This document shows, piece after piece, positions 48,837 to 58,686 of a stretch of DNA of 64,000 nt. The notes under the pieces are model-generated. The model made no database searches, was not told the origin of the DNA, and saw only the letters and a program-made list of their open reading frames with translations. Made by a program: the position numbers and the translations under genes. The DNA is from an uncultured Negativicutes bacterium (lineage in GTDB: Bacteria; Bacillota; Negativicutes; Acidaminococcales; Acidaminococcaceae), in assembly GCA_947074185.1 (NCBI GenBank), contig CAMTOO010000001.1, positions 12,615-76,614 of the forward strand, written 5' to 3'. Numbering within the stretch: position 1 is the first letter of the stretch; every line of letters starts with the position of its first letter.

Positions 48837-49589
48837 CTAAAACTTTCCGCCTCCGCCACCATGTTTATCATCTGCAGACGATGTCGACACAGTTTTAGAT
48901 TTAGCAGTGCGCGTAATATCTGTATACATGAATAAATCTGCTGTTTCTCTTACCTGGAAGCTATCTTGATTTAAATATTCACTAGCAGTTTGTCTTTCAC
49001 CTACATTGCTCATACTACTTTTCATCGTATAGCCTGCACCAAGGGTAATAAGACTACCTGCTCCTAATGCACTCAAAATTATAGTTAGCCAATTATCTTC
49101 TTTTAAAGGTTTTCCATTTTCTTCATAATAGGTAATAAGCTCATCGCTTTTCTTACCATATTCCGTAAATGCTTTTAGATACTCTTGATTTTTTAACGCA
49201 GGTACAATACTTTTACCGATTGTTTCAATACCATAGTCACTAATGATATTTTTCATTTTAACATCTGTAGCAACATACCAATCTCTTGTTTCCATATTAA
49301 GTACTAATACCATATTACCTTTTGCACCATCATTAAAATGCTTATCTAAAAGGAAATTAGCATACTCACCAACTTTTTCTCCTTTAGTTGGCATTGATTT
49401 TCTTGCTACAACAGCAATTCTTACATCGTGTTTCTTTTCTAAGGCGTTAAGCGTCTTTGTTAAACTAACAAGTTGCTGATCATTCAACAAATATGCTGAG
49501 TCCACTACACTAGGAGGAGCGGCCAAAGCTTGTGCCCAAAAACAGAAAACAAACACAACAGTTGTAATAACCTGGAATATTTTTTTCAT
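48837..49589 (-). CDS. TPM-domain protein (YdjH/YgcG-like) with C-terminal TM helix and Gly tail
   Basis: Has a signal peptide and a TPM-like core. It lies in a ydjI/G/H-like gene cluster. Confidence 0.7.
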   Translation of the reverse strand: MKKIFQVITTVVFVFCFWAQALAAPPSVVDSAYLLNDQQLVSLTKTLNALEKKHDVRIAVVARKSMPTKGEKVGEYANFLLDKHFNDGAKGNMVLVLNMETRDWYVATDVKMKNIISDYGIETIGKSIVPALKNQEYLKAFTEYGKKSDELITYYEENGKPLKEDNWLTIILSALGAGSLITLGAGYTMKSSMSNVGERQTASEYLNQDSFQVRETADLFMYTDITRTAKSKTVSTSSADDKHGGGGGKF

Positions 49590-49601
49590 ATTCTCACCCT
49601 C

Positions 49602-50708
49602 CTAACCTAGAATCATCTTTAAAACACCATAAACAACAGTACATACACCAATAAATGAACCGCCGCAATAAGTATAAAGTTTCGTTTTATCAACAGGTAA
49701 TTCACCTACTAATTTGCCTGTTTGTCCATTCATCATAAAAGTGTAGACTTTGCCTTGATATTTTGTAGAAAGAATCCATACAGGAGCAAGTGCATATTTT
49801 ACAGCACCTTCACCTTTTTTAACAACACAATCCTTTACTTCATATCCTTCATATGCTACAGACAATGTGCTTCCAAGTTCGTTTAACATAGTATTTTTTA
49901 TCCGTTCATCTGCTCTTGGAGCACTGCTTTCTGCATCAACATCATATTTATCTGCTAAATAGCCTGTTAAATAACCTGCAGAAAATTCTTTCATTTGATC
50001 GTAATCATAAGGTTCAATACTGTCCATATAAGCATCATCCATTTTAACGCTACCATCTACTGGTACGTTATTAAACTCAGCTTTTCCAAAACGTTCGCAA
50101 TCATAATAATGTGTTTCTGTTACCGTTTCATCGGCATCATCATATTTCTCTGTAGTGTATGCCTTAAAATTAGCATATACATTGACAGTAGAATCAAATA
50201 ACCAAAACGGTACATACATACCTTGAATATCTTCTGTTCTATTATTAGCAACAAAAGAACTAGGTAATAGCAACTTACCTTTATAAAAACCTTTTAATGC
50301 CTCTACAGCATCTTTTTTTGTTTTTACGAAAGGAATAACATAATCAGGTTTCAATGCACCATCAAATCTACCAGGAAGCATTGTTGGATTTCCACAATAG
50401 CAACATTCTGTAGCAAGTGTATTGCCGTCTGTCACTATTTCTGCCCCGCAAGAAGAACATGTAAACACTTTCAGTGCCGCTAGTTCCTCTTCACTCCATT
50501 CTTCGCCTGCTTCTGCGGTTTTCCACTTATCTTCTTTAGCAGCTTCTGCAGCTGCTGCACGTTCTTGTTCCTTAGCAAATAATGTTTCTATTACCGATAT
50601 TTCAAATTTATTACCACAATATTCACAAGTTACATCATTTGTACCAGGAAGAAAACTTAGTGGCGCACCACATTCAGGACATTTATAGCTTACAGAAGTA
50701 TTAGCCAT
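49602..50708 (-). CDS. Double zinc-ribbon protein (YdjG-like) with C-terminal TM helix
   Basis: YKCPECGAPL..CEYCGN and FTCSSCGAEI..CCYCGN. Confidence 0.7.
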   Translation of the reverse strand: MANTSVSYKCPECGAPLSFLPGTNDVTCEYCGNKFEISVIETLFAKEQERAAAAEAAKEDKWKTAEAGEEWSEEELAALKVFTCSSCGAEIVTDGNTLATECCYCGNPTMLPGRFDGALKPDYVIPFVKTKKDAVEALKGFYKGKLLLPSSFVANNRTEDIQGMYVPFWLFDSTVNVYANFKAYTTEKYDDADETVTETHYYDCERFGKAEFNNVPVDGSVKMDDAYMDSIEPYDYDQMKEFSAGYLTGYLADKYDVDAESSAPRADERIKNTMLNELGSTLSVAYEGYEVKDCVVKKGEGAVKYALAPVWILSTKYQGKVYTFMMNGQTGKLVGELPVDKTKLYTYCGGSFIGVCTVVYGVLKMILG

Positions 50709-50720
50709 AAGTTATTCCCC

Positions 50721-52013
50721 CTATTCTGGCTTTTTAGCCCCGCAACTGGAACAGAATTTACCGTCGTTCACTGTTCCACATTGACATTTCCAACCAGCTT
50801 CTGGTTTAGATTTACCGCATTCTCCACAGAATTTTCCGGTATTTCCGCCATGTCCACACTCACAAGTCCATCCTTCGCTAGGTTGAGGGTTTCCGCATTC
50901 ACCGCAGAATTTACCAGTATTACCACCATGTCCGCAAGAACAAGTCCAGCCTGCAGCTGGTGCTACTTGTGGTGGTGCTTGTGGTGCAGCAGCTGCTTGC
51001 TGTTGTCCCATAGCATATAAATTATTAGTGTTCATGCCACCAGCATTATTTGCCATATTCATGCCCATAAAGCCCATTGCGGCGCCCATGCCACCTTGAT
51101 TGTTAGCAGCATCTTGCATTGCTTGTGCTTGAGCACCAACCAAGTGAGCTGCTGCCATAGTAGGATTACGGAATGCTGCATTACGTTGGATTTCTTTAAT
51201 AAGTTTTTCATCTTCTTCACTAGCTTTAACAGAGCTTACACCAAAGGATACTATTTCAATACCGCGTAATTCGCCCCATTTTTCGCTAAGTACATTATTT
51301 AAAGCATCTGCCATTTCCTGAGTATGCCCAGGCAATGCACTATAACGAATACCCATTTCAGAGATTTTTGCAAATGCCGGTTGAAGTGCAGTCATTAATT
51401 CTGTTTTTAATTGGCTGTCTATCTCAGATCTATCATATTCGCTTTCCACGTTACCGCAAACGTTGGTATAGAACAAGATAGGATTTGTAAGTCTATAACT
51501 ATATTCGCCAAAACATTTAATAGCTATATCCACATCCAAACCAATATTGTTATCTACTACTCTAAATGGCACTGCACTAGGAGTTCCATATTTATTACCC
51601 ACTATTTCTTTAGTGTTAATATAGTAAACCCTTTGATCTTTACCAGTATCGCCACCCATAGTAAAACGTTTAGCAACTTGTTTGAAAACAGCTGGCACTG
51701 ACTCTTTTAAATCACCTGCAAAAATTGTTGGTTCTGTTGATGAGTCATACACAAACTCACCAGGTTCAGCGCATATTTCTACTACCTTACCTTGCTCAAT
51801 AATCAGCATACACTGTCCTTCATTGACAGCGATGACTGACCCATTACTGATAATATTATCATTACCAGAAGTATTAGAACTGCGACTACCAACCTTTTTT
51901 TGGCCTTTAATCACCAAAATATCTTGTGTCAATTGGTCGCAATAGAAATACTCTTTCCATTGATCTGCAAGCATCCCGCCTGCAGCACCTTTAATAGCTT
52001 GAATTAACCCCAT
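50721..52013 (-). CDS. SPFH/band-7-like protein with three C-terminal zinc ribbons (YdjI-like, COG4260 type)
   Basis: SPFH-like N-terminal part, a Q/A/M/G-rich linker, then 3x GW(T/K)C.CG..N.GKFC..CG. Confidence 0.75.
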   Translation of the reverse strand: MGLIQAIKGAAGGMLADQWKEYFYCDQLTQDILVIKGQKKVGSRSSNTSGNDNIISNGSVIAVNEGQCMLIIEQGKVVEICAEPGEFVYDSSTEPTIFAGDLKESVPAVFKQVAKRFTMGGDTGKDQRVYYINTKEIVGNKYGTPSAVPFRVVDNNIGLDVDIAIKCFGEYSYRLTNPILFYTNVCGNVESEYDRSEIDSQLKTELMTALQPAFAKISEMGIRYSALPGHTQEMADALNNVLSEKWGELRGIEIVSFGVSSVKASEEDEKLIKEIQRNAAFRNPTMAAAHLVGAQAQAMQDAANNQGGMGAAMGFMGMNMANNAGGMNTNNLYAMGQQQAAAAPQAPPQVAPAAGWTCSCGHGGNTGKFCGECGNPQPSEGWTCECGHGGNTGKFCGECGKSKPEAGWKCQCGTVNDGKFCSSCGAKKPE

Positions 52014-52040
52014 AATACTCCTCCTTGTTCTTCTTTTATT

Positions 52041-52079
52041 TCAAAACAAAAAAGTGCCTAGTGTTGTCCACTAAGCACT
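52041..52079 (-). promoter_or_regulatory. Terminator-like hairpin inside the 5' leader of the SPFH operon (candidate attenuator)
   Basis: On the minus strand: AAGTGCTTAGTGG-ACAA-CACTAGGCACTT followed by TTTTGTTTTG. It lies 28-66 nt upstream of the start codon and downstream of the predicted promoter. Confidence 0.5.
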
Positions 52080-52158
52080 TCCCTATACATATAAATAATA
52101 TCTAGCGGACCTTTTTTGCTTCCACCTGAACATAATTTCTAAGTATTTACTTTATTTT

Positions 52159-52187
52159 ATTTTAGCATATCATCATGCTATTTTCAA
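52159..52187 (-). promoter_or_regulatory. Promoter candidate of the SPFH operon
   Basis: On the minus strand: TTGAAA, a 17-nt spacer, then TAAAAT. Confidence 0.5.
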
Positions 52188-52261
52188 ATTTCCAACTACT
52201 TTAGATGCTAATTCTGTTTTTATATTTTTAAATTGTATCTATTGTTACACATAAAACAAAT

Positions 52262-52301
52262 AAAAAAATCCATCAGCCTAATTTCTTAGTCTAATGGATT
52301 T
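52262..52301 (-). terminator. tRNA-Leu terminator
   Basis: On the minus strand: AAATCCATTAG-loop-CTGATGGATTT followed by TTTTT. Confidence 0.7.
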
Positions 52302-52314
52302 ACAAACATTAATT

Positions 52315-52398
52315 TGGTGCGGTTGGTGGGATTTGAACCCACACGAGTCTCCCCGCCACCCCCTCAAGATGGTGCGTCTGCCGTTCCGCCACAACCGC
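52315..52398 (-). tRNA. tRNA-Leu (anticodon GAG), class II with long variable arm, CCA encoded
   Basis: GCGGTTG acceptor stem, anticodon stem CCATC/GGTGG with loop TTGAGGG, and T-arm TGGGTTCAAATCCCA. Confidence 0.88.
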
Positions 52399-52434
52399 GT
52401 TACATAATAGCAACAAGGGTATAATAACACAACA

Positions 52435-53076
52435 TCATAAGGTCGTCAAGTGTTTTTTGTACAGTCTATAGTACTCGTCTCTATCCTCAAGTACTGATTT
52501 TACGTAATTTTTTGTATCATTATAGGGAATGTCTTTTATGGTTCCAAAATTATAATCCCAACCATTTTTTTCCATCCACTCTTTAGTTTGTCCTCGTCCA
52601 GCATTATATGCGATAAGTGCTAAAACTAAGTTCTTTTGAAACTCATATTCTAGTTCACTAACATACCAAGCACCCATTCTTATATTAGTTTCTGGGTCAT
52701 ACAATTCTGCTTTAGTGAAGTCTTTTAATCCCATTTGCTTAGATATCCATTCACCAGTATCTGGCATAATTTGCATAAGTCCAATTGCGCCAACTTTAGA
52801 AACAGCTCTTCGATTAAAATGACTTTCATTTTTAACAATTGCTGCCACTAAAAATGGATCTATATTATTCTTTTGGCTATATGAAACAATCTCGTTTTGA
52901 TATGGCCACATGTAAACAAATCTCATTTGAATATAATCACTTTGCCAAATCTTCCAAGCACCAAATAGAATTAAACTTAGTAGCACACAAACAGTTCCAA
53001 CGTATTTAGCAGAAAAAGCACTTCCCTTTTTCTTACTTTTATACTGTCTATATCTTTTAGTTTTTTCCCTAGTCAC
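52435..53076 (-). CDS. Lytic transglycosylase (SLT domain), membrane-anchored
   Basis: NESHFN..SKVGAIGLMQIMP..AYNAG. Confidence 0.88.
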   Translation of the reverse strand: MTREKTKRYRQYKSKKKGSAFSAKYVGTVCVLLSLILFGAWKIWQSDYIQMRFVYMWPYQNEIVSYSQKNNIDPFLVAAIVKNESHFNRRAVSKVGAIGLMQIMPDTGEWISKQMGLKDFTKAELYDPETNIRMGAWYVSELEYEFQKNLVLALIAYNAGRGQTKEWMEKNGWDYNFGTIKDIPYNDTKNYVKSVLEDRDEYYRLYKKHLTTL

Positions 53077-53078
53077 TT

Positions 53079-53678
53079 TTAGCTATTCTCCTGTAAATGT
53101 TCCCATGCAGTTTTAACTTTAGTAATGATATCTTCATTGCTTCCATTATTATCTATAACTAAATCCGCATATTTCTTTTTTTCTTCTAATGACATTTGAC
53201 TATTAATACGTGCTTCAACTTCTGCTCTTGTCATAGCATCTCTAGACATAGCTCTTTCTATCTGCACTTTTTTATCAACTGCCACAAGCCAAACTAAATC
53301 TACATTTTCATGCCAACCAACTTCTATTAATAATGGTATATCTAATACTACTACCTTCGTTCCATTACTTTCATTTTCTTTCAAAAAGTCACTCGCATCA
53401 TTCCAAACAATTTTATGAATAATTGCTTCTAATTTTTTCTTCGCCGCTTTGTCACTAAAACAAAGTTCAGCCATTTTAGCTCTATCTAATTCTTCAGCTT
53501 TTGTTAAGAATTCTTTACCAAAAACTTCTATAATTTTAACTAAGCCTTTGCTACCTTTTTTAGTAGCATTACGGCTACTTTCATCAGCATCAAAAATAGG
53601 TGCCCCTAAATTTTTTAAAATAGCTGTTACTGTACTTTTGCCTGATGCGATTCCACCTGTTACTCCAACAACAATCAT
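53079..53678 (-). CDS. coaE: Dephospho-CoA kinase
   Basis: GVTGGIASGKST, 199 aa. Confidence 0.93.
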   Translation of the reverse strand: MIVVGVTGGIASGKSTVTAILKNLGAPIFDADESSRNATKKGSKGLVKIIEVFGKEFLTKAEELDRAKMAELCFSDKAAKKKLEAIIHKIVWNDASDFLKENESNGTKVVVLDIPLLIEVGWHENVDLVWLVAVDKKVQIERAMSRDAMTRAEVEARINSQMSLEEKKKYADLVIDNNGSNEDIITKVKTAWEHLQENS

Positions 53679-53694
53679 TTAGGTTCCCCTTTCC

Positions 53695-54516
53695 TTATTT
53701 CTGACATTTTTTACAATAAACTGTGCCTCTGCCACCTATTTTCATTCCTTCTAATAATGTTCCACAAGTTTTACAAGGCTTGCCTTTGCGACTATAAACT
53801 AGTAGTTTATTTTGGTTACTACCTTTATTGCCATCGGCATCTTTATAGTCTCTAAAAGTAGTTCCTTTATTCTTTATTCCTTGTTTGATTACTTGATTTA
53901 TTCCAACATACAAAGCCTGCTGTTCTTTAGCTTTCAAAGTATTAGCTTCTTTAGCTGGATAAATATTAGCAACTGCTAAAGCTTCGTCTGCATAAATATT
54001 GCCTAGTCCAGCAATAACATTTTGATCTAAGATAAATGTTTTAATAGGTTTTTTGCTTTTCTTAATTTTTTCTTTAAGATATTCTAATGTAAATTCTTTA
54101 CTTAATGGTTCTGGTCCTAGATTTTCATAACTTTCTATGACTACATCCTTATTAGTGATTAAATGCATAGTACCAAAAGTGCGAATATCCGTAAACCATA
54201 AATTTAAGCCATTCTCCAGTTCGAATTTAACAGTTGCATATTTAGGAGCAGTTTCTGTTTTTGGCATTACAAGTAATGCACCTGTCATACGCAAATGAAT
54301 TAAGATAAACTGATCTTTACTAAAATGCAAAGCAAGATACTTTCCGCGTCTCTCAATGCTTGTTATGGTTTTATTTTTAACAACTTTTATAAATTCAGCT
54401 ACTGTAGGATATTTGATTATTCTATCTAACAGTACCTCTACCTTTTTTATTTTACTGCCAACTATTTTTGGGGCAAGTGTTTTTCTTACCTGTTCTACTT
54501 CTGGCATTTCTGGCAT
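53695..54516 (-). CDS. mutM: Formamidopyrimidine-DNA glycosylase
   Basis: MPEMPEVE N-terminus, and a C-terminal zinc finger CKTCG..CKKCQ. Confidence 0.94.
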   Translation of the reverse strand: MPEMPEVEQVRKTLAPKIVGSKIKKVEVLLDRIIKYPTVAEFIKVVKNKTITSIERRGKYLALHFSKDQFILIHLRMTGALLVMPKTETAPKYATVKFELENGLNLWFTDIRTFGTMHLITNKDVVIESYENLGPEPLSKEFTLEYLKEKIKKSKKPIKTFILDQNVIAGLGNIYADEALAVANIYPAKEANTLKAKEQQALYVGINQVIKQGIKNKGTTFRDYKDADGNKGSNQNKLLVYSRKGKPCKTCGTLLEGMKIGGRGTVYCKKCQK

Positions 54517-54537
54517 TGTATCATCTCGATTCGTAAC

Positions 54538-57237
54538 TTATTTTGTTTCTGCCCAGCTATTGCCAACCTTAACATCAGCAACCAAAGGAACCTCTAAGGC
54601 GAAGGCTTTTTCCATTTCACTCTTTACTATCTCGCCCACTCTTTCACAAGCACTTCCTGTTACTTCTAAAACTAATTCATCATGTACTTGTAAAAGCACG
54701 CGTGCAGTTACGCCTGCTTCACGCAAAGCTTTATCTACATTTAGCATTGCAACTTTCATAATATCAGCTGCAGTACCTTGAATTGGCGTATTGATAGCTG
54801 TTCTTTCTGCAAAGCTACGTAAATTAAAATTGCTATGTCTAATATCTGGCAAGTATCTTCTGCGATCCATAAGAGTGGTTACATAGCCTTTAGTACGTGC
54901 TTCTTTAACGATTTCTTCCATATATTTTTTTACACCAGTATAGCGTTCAAAATAATTTTCGATATATTGCGCAGCTTCTTTACGTGTCGAACCAATTTGT
55001 TTAGCTAAACCAAAATCGCTAATACCGTAAACAATACCAAAATTAACTGCTTTAGCTTTAGAACGCATTTCAGCAGTAACTTTATCTAAAGGCACTCCAA
55101 ATACCTCCGCAGCTGTTCTAGCATGTACGTCTTGTCCTAATTCAAAAGATTCTAATAACAATTTATCTTTAGCAATATGTGCTAAAATTCTTAATTCGAT
55201 TTGTGAATAATCACAAGCCATCAACTTGTTATACCCTTTGCCTGGTACAAAGAGAGACCTAATTTCACGGCCAAGTGCTGTACGAGTTGGTATATTTTGT
55301 AAGTTTGGATCAGTACTAGAAAGTCTTCCAGTAACCGTAACAGTTTGTTGGAAATGTGTATGAATACGATGAGTCTCTGGATCAATAAGAGGTTTTAACC
55401 CTTCTAAATATGTAGAGAACAATTTACTCAATTGACGATGTTCTAAAATAGTTTTTATCAAAGGATGCTTTCCTTCAAGTTCTTCTAATACCGTAACATC
55501 TGTAGAGTACCCCGTTTTCGTCTTTTTAATAACCGGTAATTGTAATTTTTCAAATAAAACTACACCTAATTGTTTAGGTGATTTAGGATTAAAGTTAGGA
55601 TCACCAGCTTGTTCTTTAGCAGTTTCTTCTAACTTCACAAGTTGCTTTGCAATTAGATCTCTTTTAATATCTAGAGCTTTTAAATCTACTGTAATACCTG
55701 CTAATTCCATGCGAGCTAAAACAGCGCATAAAGGTAATTCCAATGTTCGATACAATTTTTCGATTTTCTTAAACTCTAGTTGTTCTTTTAAGTTTCTACC
55801 TAGCTTTTCTAGACTTGATGCATCAATATTGAAACTACCTACTAAATACATTTCGCACAGCTTATCTAAAGCATAGGAAGCTTTTCCTGGCTCATCTAAA
55901 TATGCTGCGACAGTAAGGTCTTCAGTTATATTTTTAGGTTCTAAGTTTTGAGCAAAGCAAGTTTTATAAACTTCCTTACTTGCAACTGTTCCTTTTTTAG
56001 TTTCGCTAGTAGTAAGCCACTTAGTAAATTCTGCAATGGCATCATTTCCCTGGAAATCATAAATTATTTTATCGAAATATACTTGTGCAGTTGCAAAAGT
56101 TAAATCAGTAATTTTCCCTTGGCTTGTTGTTAAAAACCAAGTAATATCTTCGTTTTTCTCAATTTTTTCAATTGCATCAGCGGCTGATTTTTGAGAATCT
56201 AAAACAGTAACTTCTGTTTCGTCTTCTACAAATGCAAATAAACTGCTCATTCCATTTTCTAAAGCAGGTTCATTTTCAGCACTTGCATTTTCTTGGGTGA
56301 ACAAACTGCCTTCTTCTGCGTTAGTATTAGCGTCAACATTAGTAGCAACTTGATTAGAACTTTGTACTTCGCCCATTACATAAGCAAAACGCTCATAAAG
56401 ATTTCTAAATTCTAAATCTTGCATTAAGCCTCTCGCTGCTGTCTGAATACCGCTAATTTGATATTTATTAATATCTAAATCTACTGGTACATCAGTAAAA
56501 ATAGTAGCTAATCTCTTAGATAAAAGCGCTGATTCTTTATTTGCAGTTAGTTTCTCTTTTAAGCTTTTACCTGCAACATTTTCAATATTTTCTAAAACAG
56601 TTTCTACATTACCATACTCACAGATAAGTTTTAATGCTGTTTTTGGCCCAACCCCTGGAACTCCAGGAATATTATCTGAGCTATCTCCCATCAAACCTTT
56701 TAATTCAATAAGTTGTAATGGCACTAAACCTTCGTAATCCTCTGCAAAAGCTGCGGCATCATAAATCTTAATGTCACTAATGCCACGCTTTGTATAATAA
56801 ACTTTTGTACGATCATCAATTAATTGTAATTCGTCTTTATCACCAGTAACAATTACTACATCAGTTTCACTTGGTGCTTTTTTTGCAAATGTCCCAATGA
56901 TATCATCAGCTTCATAATTATCCATCTCTAAAACAGTTATTCCCATAGTTTCTAAAACTTGACGCATTAAAGGAAACTGTTCCTTAAGCTCTGACGGTGT
57001 TGGTTTTCTTTGTGCCTTATATTCTGGATAAAACTCTGTTCTAAAGGTTTTTCTAGATTTATCAAAAGCTACAACCACCCATTTAGGCTTTATATCAGTC
57101 ATAAGTTTAAGAAACATATTACAAAAACCATATACTGCTCCTGTTTGCAAGCCTTGCCTTGTCGTCAAAGGTGGCAAAGCAAAAAAAGCTCTATGAATAA
57201 GGCTACTGCCATCTATTACAAGAAATTTTTCACTCAT
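54538..57237 (-). CDS. polA: DNA polymerase I
   Basis: 899 aa with a 5' nuclease domain and pol motifs DYSQIELR and QVHDELV. Confidence 0.97.
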   Translation of the reverse strand: MSEKFLVIDGSSLIHRAFFALPPLTTRQGLQTGAVYGFCNMFLKLMTDIKPKWVVVAFDKSRKTFRTEFYPEYKAQRKPTPSELKEQFPLMRQVLETMGITVLEMDNYEADDIIGTFAKKAPSETDVVIVTGDKDELQLIDDRTKVYYTKRGISDIKIYDAAAFAEDYEGLVPLQLIELKGLMGDSSDNIPGVPGVGPKTALKLICEYGNVETVLENIENVAGKSLKEKLTANKESALLSKRLATIFTDVPVDLDINKYQISGIQTAARGLMQDLEFRNLYERFAYVMGEVQSSNQVATNVDANTNAEEGSLFTQENASAENEPALENGMSSLFAFVEDETEVTVLDSQKSAADAIEKIEKNEDITWFLTTSQGKITDLTFATAQVYFDKIIYDFQGNDAIAEFTKWLTTSETKKGTVASKEVYKTCFAQNLEPKNITEDLTVAAYLDEPGKASYALDKLCEMYLVGSFNIDASSLEKLGRNLKEQLEFKKIEKLYRTLELPLCAVLARMELAGITVDLKALDIKRDLIAKQLVKLEETAKEQAGDPNFNPKSPKQLGVVLFEKLQLPVIKKTKTGYSTDVTVLEELEGKHPLIKTILEHRQLSKLFSTYLEGLKPLIDPETHRIHTHFQQTVTVTGRLSSTDPNLQNIPTRTALGREIRSLFVPGKGYNKLMACDYSQIELRILAHIAKDKLLLESFELGQDVHARTAAEVFGVPLDKVTAEMRSKAKAVNFGIVYGISDFGLAKQIGSTRKEAAQYIENYFERYTGVKKYMEEIVKEARTKGYVTTLMDRRRYLPDIRHSNFNLRSFAERTAINTPIQGTAADIMKVAMLNVDKALREAGVTARVLLQVHDELVLEVTGSACERVGEIVKSEMEKAFALEVPLVADVKVGNSWAETK

Positions 57238-57304
57238 ATTACTCGCTCCTAACTTAGTATTTATATCAATTTTATAATTATTTTATAGTCTCTATATTAT
57301 ACCA

Positions 57305-57343
57305 CAAAAAATCCTCTCAAAGTAGTATACCTTGAGAGGATTT
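57305..57343 (-). terminator. Aminotransferase gene terminator
   Basis: On the minus strand: AATCCTCTCAAG-loop-TTTGAGAGGATT followed by TTTTTG. Confidence 0.75.
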
Positions 57344-57351
57344 TGCTTTAA

Positions 57352-58539
57352 TTATAAACATTCTTTAATTGCTTGACCCATGCGTTTGATACCTTCAATA
57401 ATTTTGTCATCTGGCATATTTGAGAAATTAATACGCATGCTACGATCTGTTTTTTCATTTGGATAGAAAGCATCACCAATTACTGCTGCTACTTTCATTT
57501 CAATACATTTATGGAATACTTTAGACGCACTGCAACCTTCTGGAACAGTTACCCAAAGGAATAATCCGCCTTCTGGATGAGTCCATTCAACGCCTGCTGG
57601 GAATTCATCTTCCATTGCCTTAATGATAACATCTCTACGATGTTTATAAAGTGCAACTATTTTTTGAACATGTGCATCTAAATCATAGGTGTCCATGAAA
57701 GCATCTACCACACCTTGATCAAAATTTGATGTATGTAAGTCAGCACTTTGTTTGATTTTAACAAATTCATCAATTACGGATTTATCTTTACCTGCAACCC
57801 AACCTAAACGTAAGCCTGGGCAGAATACTTTCGAGAAAGTTCCAAGGAACATTACTAAACCTTTAGTATCCATAGAAGTTAAAGATGGTAAAATTTCACC
57901 TTCATAACGAAGTTCTCCATATGGATTATCTTCTACTACTGGCAAGTTATATTTATTGATAACTTCCATAAATTCTTTACGACGTTCTAAAGACCAAGTA
58001 CGTCCTGTAGGATTTTGGAAATCAGGAATTACATAAATGAATTTACATTTTTTATTATTAGCAAGAATTTTGTCTAATTCTGCTGGAATAAGACCACCAT
58101 CATCAGTTGGCACTTCGATGAAATCTGGTTCGTAAGCATTGAACGCATTTAAAGCGCCTAGGTAAGAAGGGCTTTCGCATAATACTACATCACCAGGATC
58201 TAAAAACATTTTACCAACGAAATCTAAACATTGTTGAGAACCAGTGGTAATCAAGATAGCATCTTTATCAATTTCTGTATGATATTTTGCAAGCATACGA
58301 TCAGCGATTTTTGCTCTTAAGCTAGGTCTGCCTTCACTTGCTGCATATTGTAATAATTGTTGACCTTCTTTTAATACTAAATCATGAGAAACTTTTGCAA
58401 TTTCTTCAACTGGGAATAATTCTGGTGCAGGAAGCCCACCAGCAAAAGATATAATATCAGGTCTTGCTGTTAGTTTTAATAATTCTCTAATTTCAGATGA
58501 CTGCATTCTTTCCATTCTTTTTGCATAATTCATAGTCAT
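57352..58539 (-). CDS. PLP-dependent aminotransferase, class I/II
   Basis: SFSKVFCPGLRLGW (PLP lysine) and N..P.NPTG. Confidence 0.88.
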   Translation of the reverse strand: MTMNYAKRMERMQSSEIRELLKLTARPDIISFAGGLPAPELFPVEEIAKVSHDLVLKEGQQLLQYAASEGRPSLRAKIADRMLAKYHTEIDKDAILITTGSQQCLDFVGKMFLDPGDVVLCESPSYLGALNAFNAYEPDFIEVPTDDGGLIPAELDKILANNKKCKFIYVIPDFQNPTGRTWSLERRKEFMEVINKYNLPVVEDNPYGELRYEGEILPSLTSMDTKGLVMFLGTFSKVFCPGLRLGWVAGKDKSVIDEFVKIKQSADLHTSNFDQGVVDAFMDTYDLDAHVQKIVALYKHRRDVIIKAMEDEFPAGVEWTHPEGGLFLWVTVPEGCSASKVFHKCIEMKVAAVIGDAFYPNEKTDRSMRINFSNMPDDKIIEGIKRMGQAIKECL

Positions 58540-58643
58540 AATTTTTCCCTCACATTTACAGTTTGCATATAGTTTTTTCTATAATATAAAAATTCTACCA
58601 CCGGCAATAGACAATGTCAATAAAAGGATATCGCAAAAATCAC

Positions 58644-58679
58644 AAAAAAAGAAAACTGTCATAAATAAAACAGTTTTCT
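58644..58679 (-). terminator. Terminator of the HD hydrolase gene
   Basis: On the minus strand: AGAAAACTGT-loop-ACAGTTTTCT followed by TTTTTTTG. Confidence 0.75.
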
Positions 58680-58686
58680 TGACATT

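Noticed and set aside
50730-50960. Tandem DNA repeats at the 3' end of the SPFH gene as an independent repeat element
   Set aside because: They are in frame and encode three zinc-ribbon modules of the protein, and they are diverged at synonymous positions. This makes them a coding-domain triplication, not a non-coding repeat.
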